Assembly: GCA_964016885.1 (NCBI GenBank)
Contig: OZ024743.1
Location: forward strand, 158,596,001-158,660,000
DNA: 64,000 nt
Source of the DNA: Eledone cirrhosa
Lineage: Eukaryota
Reading direction: 5' to 3'
A program made the position numbers and the translations under genes. Under the pieces are notes generated by a model. The model had not been told where the DNA came from, did not search any database, and saw only the letters and a list, made by a program, of their open reading frames with translations. Below are positions 63,201 to 64,000 of the stretch, piece after piece. Position 1 is the first letter of the stretch; each line of letters opens with the position of its first letter.

Positions 63201-64000
63201 AGAAAATTTAGAATTAGTTTGTGGATATATTAGTATATCTTAGAATAGCTTTGAATACCTTCATATGTTTAACTGATAAACAGCTTATTGTGTAATGTTG
63301 CTTTGTGTCTTAAATATGCTGGAATTTTCACATGCACTAGTTCCATAGAAGATGTATATAGAATATGTAGACCATGTTCCCCTAAAGTAATATATATATA
63401 TTTAAAAAAAAACTGAAATTGTCTATTTTTATATACTTGTATGTTTTACAATTCATCTTTCATGGAGATCAAATCATGTTTGTAAACTGAGTGAAATTAA
63501 AAAACTTCTCATTTGAAAAAGGAATAACATTATGTTGATTAATAGTTGTGTATATAAGATTGTGGATGATTGAAGCAATAAGATTTGAGACAGCTAACTG
63601 AGGGGTTGGTGGTTTATGTCATGAATACCAGCTCATGGTTGTTATCTGTGATTAAATCACTTAACATTCAGTAAAGCACAGTTCATCAAGTTCTGAATAG
63701 GTACCACAAAGTGACAGACTTCTGTGTTTCACTGTAAAATTGACATGATTTTTAGCTTGCAGTGTTGGGATCAATTCCTCTCGTAAAAAAATACTTATAA
63801 CAGTCTAGCACCCTATTCAAGAAGATATTTGTCTTTAAATTGCTTAGCATCACATAAACTGGAGATAAGTACTCTCCAGTGGATTACAGAATCTGTGGAT
63901 GAATAGATAAACATTAATTATATGGTCTAGGAGCTTTATGATTTGGTGTGTACTAGTGAAAAAGAGAAGGGAATAATATTTGGTTCATAGATATTTAGTT

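Noticed and set aside
1-64000. CRISPR arrays, rRNA or prokaryotic operons
   Set aside because: No regularly spaced identical repeats with unique spacers and no rRNA motifs; the sequence is eukaryotic and intron-rich.

Overview
AT-rich, microsatellite-dense eukaryotic DNA. Repeat content suggests a coleoid cephalopod such as Octopus; this is an inference. Seven small, phase-compatible + strand exons (13264-59259) encode 211 aa of a long coiled-coil protein, with one GC-AG intron. The rest is intronic or intergenic sequence packed with transposon debris: RTE, CR1, Tx1/L1 and Vingi-like LINEs, tRNA-type SINEs, Helitrons, piggyBac plus MITE, mariner, hAT and Penelope-like elements. The most notable signal is a nest of Penelope-like-element (PLE) pieces inserted into (TA)n tracts at about 13.4-19.6 kb of the first visible intron. 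It carries several type I hammerhead ribozyme motifs. Two are atypical (very long stem-loop II, C...A at the stem II base, palindromic stem III, GUU site), and a third occurs on both arms of a 146-bp inverted repeat. Further degenerate hammerheads lie at 11.8 kb, 13.97 kb and 44.56 kb. Almost all ORFs in the provided track are microsatellite or TE artefacts.
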